Shown: piece after piece, positions 13,001 through 17,426 of the stretch
How the letters are laid out: the number at the start of each line of letters is the position of its first letter
Position numbering within the stretch: the first letter of the stretch is position 1
Assembly (NCBI GenBank): GCA_002189035.1
Contig: NEEC01000461.1
Location: 1 to 17,426 of the forward strand
DNA length: 17,426 nucleotides
DNA from: Utricularia gibba
Taxonomy: Eukaryota > Plantae > Magnoliophyta
Reading direction: 5' to 3'
Notes under the pieces: model-generated
What the model was told of the DNA's origin: nothing
Seen by the model: only the letters and a program-made list of their open reading frames with translations
Databases searched by the model: none
Translations under genes and position numbers: made by a program

Positions 13001-16000
13001 AACCATGTAGGCAGCCCCGAAAACCGAACGATAAAATTTATCACTTTATTTGTGGGCTACAACTAACTCTCGGCGCAAGCCAAACCTTACCTTTGTCCCG
13101 TTCAAGGTGCACCCCAAGACCGCCTCCCCAAGTATAAAGTAAGTTGTTGAAAAAATCATGTGGGGTGCACGTGATATCGCAATTTAAACAAATGCATCAT
13201 TTTTTTTAATCGATTTGCATCCGGTTGACCTCATGAGCCATACAGAATCGGGGTCAAGGACCAAGTTCCCAGCGAGACTGGCCGCCACAAAACGAGAAGC
13301 GGTTCCTTGAAAAACCATGTAGGCAGCCCCCGAAACCGAACGATAAAAAATACATCACTTTATTTGCCGGGCTACAACTAACTCTCGATAAAATACATCT
13401 TTATTTGTGGGGCTACAACTAACTCTCGGCGCAAGCCAAACCTTACCTTTGTCCCGTTCAAGGTGCACCCAAGACCGCCTCCCAAGTATAAAGTAAGTTG
13501 TTGAAAAAATCATGTGGGGTGCACGTGATATCGCAATTTAAACAAATGCATCATTTTTTTAATCGATTTGCATCCGGTTGACCTCATGAGCCATACAGAA
13601 TCGGGGTCAAGGACCAAGTTCCCAGCGAGACTGGCGCCACAAAACGAGAAGCGGTTCCTTGAAAAACCATGTAGGCAGCCCCCGAAAACCGAACGATAAT
13701 AAATACATCACTTTATTTGCCGGGCTACAACTAACTCTCGTGCAAGCCAAACCTTACCTTTGTCCGTTCCAGTGCACCAGCCTCTCAAGTATAAAGTAAG
13801 TTGTTGAAAAAATCATGTGGGGTGCACGTGATATCAATTTAAACAAATGCATCATTTTTTTTAATCGATTTGCATCCGGTTGACCTCATGAGCCATACAG
13901 AATCGGGGTCAAGGACCAAGTTCCCAGCGAGACTGGCCGCACAAAGAGAAGCGGTTCCTTGAAAAACCATGTAGGCAGCCCCCGAAAACCGAACGATAAT
14001 AAATACATCACTTTATTTGCGGCTACAACTAACTCTCGGCAAGCCAAACCTTACTTTGTCCGTTCCTGCACCCAAGACCGCCTCCTCAAGTATAAAGTAA
14101 GTTGTTGAAAAAATCATGTGGGGTGCACGTGATATCGCAATTTAAACAAATGCATCATTTTTTTTAATCGATTTGCATCGGTTGACCTCATGAGCCATAC
14201 AGAATCGGGGTAAAGGACCAATTTCCAGCGAGACTGGCCGCCACAAAACGAGAAGCGGTTCTTGAAAAACCATGTAGGTAGCCCCGAAAACCGAACGATA
14301 TAAATTTATCACTTTATTTTGTGGGGCTATAAACTAACTCTCGGCGCAAGCCAAACTTACCTTTGTCCGTTCAAGGTGCACCCAAGACCAAGTATAAAGT
14401 AAGTTGTTGAAAAAATCATGTGGGGTGCACGTCATATCGCAATTTAAACAAATGCAATTTTTTTAAATCGATTTCCATCCGGTTGACCTCATGAGCCATA
14501 CAGAATCGGGGTCAAGGACAAGTTCCCAGCGAGACTGGCCGCCACAAAACGAGAAGCGGTTCCTTGAAAAACCATGTAGGCAGCCCGAAAACCGAACGAT
14601 AAAAAATACATCACTTTATTTGTACAACTAACTCTTGCAAGCCAAACCTTACCTTTGTCCGTTCCAAGTGCACCCAAAACCGCCTGCTCAAATAAAGTAA
14701 GTTGTTGAAAAAATCATGTGGGGTGCACGTGATATCGCAATTTAAACAAATGCATCATTTTTTTTAATCGATTTGCATCCGGTTGACTCATGAGCCATAC
14801 AGAATCGGGGTCAAGGACCAAGTTCCCAGCGAGACTGGCCGCCACAAAACGAGCGGTTCTTGAAAAACCATGTAGGCAGCCCCGAAAACCGAACGATAAA
14901 AAATACATCACTTTATTTGCCGGGCTACAACTAACTCTCGCCGCAAGCCAAACCTTACCTTTGTCCCGTTCCAGCTGCACCCAAGACCGCTCCTCAAGTA
15001 TAAAGTAAGTTGTTGAAAAAAATCATGTGGGGTGCACATGATATCGCAATTTAAACAAATGCATCATTTTTTTTAAATCGATTTCCATCGGTTGACCTCA
15101 TGAGCCATACAGAATCGGGGTAAGGACCAAGTTCCCAGCGAGACTGGCCGCCACAAACGAGAAGCGGTTCCTTGAAAACCATGTAGGTGCCCCGAAAACC
15201 GAACGATATAAATATCACTTTATTTGTGGGCTATAAACTAACTCTCGGCGCAAGCCAAACCTTACCTTTGTCCGTTCAAGGTGCACCCCAAGACGCCTCC
15301 CAAGTATAAAGTAAGTTGTTGAAAAAATCATGTGGGGTGCACATGATATCGCAATTTAAACAAATGCATCATTTTTTTTAATCGATTTGCATCCGGTTGA
15401 CCTCATGAGCCATACAGAATCGGGGTCAAAAACCAAGTTCCCAGCGAGACTGGCCGCCACAAAACGAGAAGCGGTTCCTTGAAAAACCATGTAGGCAGCC
15501 CCGAAAACCGAACGATAAAAAATACATCACTTTATTTGCCGGGCTACAACTAACTCTTGCAAGCCAAACCTTACCTTTGTCCCGTTCAAGTGCACCCAAA
15601 ACCGCCTCTCAAATATAAAGTAAGTTGTTGAAAAAATCATGTGGGGTGCACGTGATATCGCAATTTAAACAAATGCATCATTTTTTTTAATCGATTTGCA
15701 TCCGGTTGACCTCATGAGCCATACAGAATCGGGGTCAAGGACCAAGTTCCCAGCGAGACTGGCCGCCACAAACGAGAAGCGGTTCCTTGAAAAACCATGT
15801 AGGCAGCCCCGAAAACCGAACGATAAAAAATACATCACTTTATTTGCCGGGCTACAACTAACTCTCGCAAGCCAACCTTACCTTTGTCCGTTCCAGTGCA
15901 CCCAAGACGCCTCCTCAAGTATAAAGTAAGTTGTTGAAAAAATCATGTGGGGTGCACGTGATATCGCAATTTAAAAAATGCATCATTTTTTTAATCGATT

Positions 16001-17137
16001 TGCATCGGTTGACCTCATGAGCATACAAAATCGGGGTAAAGGACCAAGTTCCCAGCGAGACTGGCCGCCACAAACGAGAAGCGGTTCCTTGAAAACCATG
16101 TAGGTAGCCCCGAAAACCGAACGATATAAATTTATCTTTATTTGTGGGCTATAACTAACTCTCGGCGCAAGCCAAACCTTACCTTTGTCCCGTTCAAGTG
16201 CACCCAAGACCGCCTCCAAGTATAAAGTAAGTTGTTGAAAAAAATCATGTGGGGTGCACGTCATATCAATTTAAACAAATGCATCATTTTTTTTAATCGA
16301 TTTCCATCCGGTTGACCTCATGAGCCATACAGAATCGGGGTCAAGGACCAAGTTCCAGCGAGACTGGCAGCCACAAAACGAGAAGCGGTTCCTTGAAAAA
16401 CCATGTAGGCAGCCCCGAAAACCGAACGATAAAAAATACATCACTTTATTTGCGGGCTACAACTAACTCTGGCAAGCCAAACCTTACCTTTGTCCCGTTC
16501 CAAGTGCACCCAAAGACGCCTCTCAAATATAAAGTAAGTTGTTGAAAAAATCATGTGGGGTGCACGTGATATCGCAATTTAAACAAATGCATCATTTTTT
16601 TTATCGATTTGCATCCGGTTGACCTCATGAGCCATACAGAATCGGGGTCAAAAACCAAGTTCCAGCGAGACTGGCCGCCACAAAACGAGAAGCGGTTCCT
16701 TGAAAAACCATGTAGGCAGCCCCCGAAAACCGAACGATAATAAATACATCACTTTATTTGCCGGGCTACAACTAACTCTCGCCGCAAGCCAAACCTTACC
16801 TTTGTCCCGTTCCAGCTGCACCCAAGACCGCCTCCTCAAGTATAAAGTAAGTTGTTGAAAAAATCATGTGGGGTGCACATGATATCGCAATTTAAACAAA
16901 TGCATCATTTTTTTTAATCGATTTGCATCCGGTTGACCTCATGAGCCATACAGAATCGGGGTCAAGGACCAAGTTCCCAGCGAGACTGGCCGCCACAAAA
17001 CGAGAAGCGGTTCCTTGAAAACCATGTAGGCAGCCCCGAAAACCGAACGATATAAATTTATCACTTTATTTGTGGGGCTATAACTAACTCTCGGCGCAAG
17101 CCAAACCTTACCTTTGTCCCGTTCAAGGTGCACCCAA
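4063..17137. repeat. Three-unit (B-C-A) higher-order repeat of ~935 bp, with two phase breaks
   Basis: Units type by linked alleles. A: usually CACATGAT, GTAGGTAG, GATATAAAT(T)TATC, TTTGTGGGGCTATAAC, end GTTCAAGGTGCAC. B: TTTGCCGGGCTACAAC, often CTCTGGGTG, end GTTCCAAGTGCACCCAA(A)A followed by CCTCTCAA. C: end GTTCCAGCTGCAC followed by CCTCCTCAA. A-type units start at about 4690, 5621, 6558, 7503, 8436, 9371, 10307, 10930, 11866, 12808, 14076, 14985, 15906, 16826. Confidence 0.85.
13341..13426. repeat. Local ~45-bp direct duplication inside one unit
   Basis: CGATAAAAAATACATCACTTTATTTGCCGGGCTACAACTAACTCT (13341-13385) is followed immediately by CGATAAAATACATCTTTATTTGTGGGGCTACAACTAACTCT (13386-13426). 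This makes the unit ~355 bp instead of ~312 bp. Confidence 0.93.
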
Positions 17138-17426
17138 GACGCCTCCAAGTATAAAGTAAGTTGTTGAAAAAATCATGTGGGGTGCACGTGATATCGCAAT
17201 TTAAACAAATGCATCATTTTTTTTAATCGATTTGCATCCGGTTGACCTCATGAGCCATACAGAATCGGGGTCAAGGACCAAGTTCCCAGCGAGACTGGCC
17301 GCCACAAACGAGAAGCGGTTCCTTGAAAAACCATGTAGGTAGCCCGAAAACCGAACGATAAAATTTATCACTTTATTTGTGGGGCTACTAACTCTCGGCG
17401 CAAGCCAAACCTTACCTTGTCCCGTT

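Larger units (their letters stand above)
1..17426. repeat. Tandem satellite array, ~56 copies of a ~312-bp unit (family not recognised)
   Basis: The landmark GACCGCCT..CAAGTATAAAGTAAGTTGTTGAAAAAATCATGTGGGGTGCAC recurs at about 3, 315, 632, 946, 1262, 1573, 1884, 2194, 2501, 2812, 3127, 3438, 3751, 4063 ... 16515, 16826, 17138. Spacing is mostly 306-317 bp before ~13.1 kb and ~292-311 bp after ~13.5 kb, with one 355-bp unit. No unique sequence is interspersed and all copies have the same orientation. Confidence 0.99.

Noticed and set aside
69-17148. The 62-100 aa ORFs in the supplied track (for example ...HLERDKGKVWLAPRVSCSPANKVMY...)
   Set aside because: They are the same repeat sequence translated repeatedly. 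Starts, stops and frames change from copy to copy with homopolymer length, no domain is recognisable, and there is no sign of frame preservation. A minus-strand frame of ~60-80 codons per unit is compatible with chance.
1-17426. CRISPR array
   Set aside because: There are no unique spacers. The whole ~312-bp unit is repeated, and no cas genes or leader are present.
1-17426. Methylation-driven C-to-T bias among subtype alleles
   Set aside because: Several diagnostic changes are C/T or G/A (CACGTG/CACATG, GGCAG/GGTAG, CTACA/CTATA, GGCG/GGTG), but about as many are transversions and direction is mostly unknown, so no bias can be claimed by eye.

Overview
The whole 17,426-bp window is one uninterrupted head-to-tail tandem repeat (satellite DNA) of about 56 copies of a ~312-bp unit. 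It starts and ends inside the array. I found no supportable gene, RNA gene, CRISPR array or transposon, and the listed ORFs are the same repeat sequence read in shifting frames. The structure is nested. (1) Each ~312-bp unit is a diverged dimer of ~156-bp (nucleosome-sized) monomers. (2) Units fall into three subtypes (A, B, C) that repeat as a ~935-bp higher-order repeat from ~4.06 kb onward. (3) A second set of linked markers alternates between successive trimers, suggesting a ~1.87-kb period. The order is broken by one missing unit (~10.6 kb), an extra unit carrying a ~45-bp internal duplication (~13.1-13.5 kb) and an irregular 5' domain. Single-base losses increase after ~13.5 kb, which may be a sequencing or consensus artefact. 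I do not recognise the repeat family or the organism. The architecture resembles eukaryotic centromeric or pericentromeric satellite, but that is inference. All unit boundaries and typings were read by eye and may be off by a few bases.
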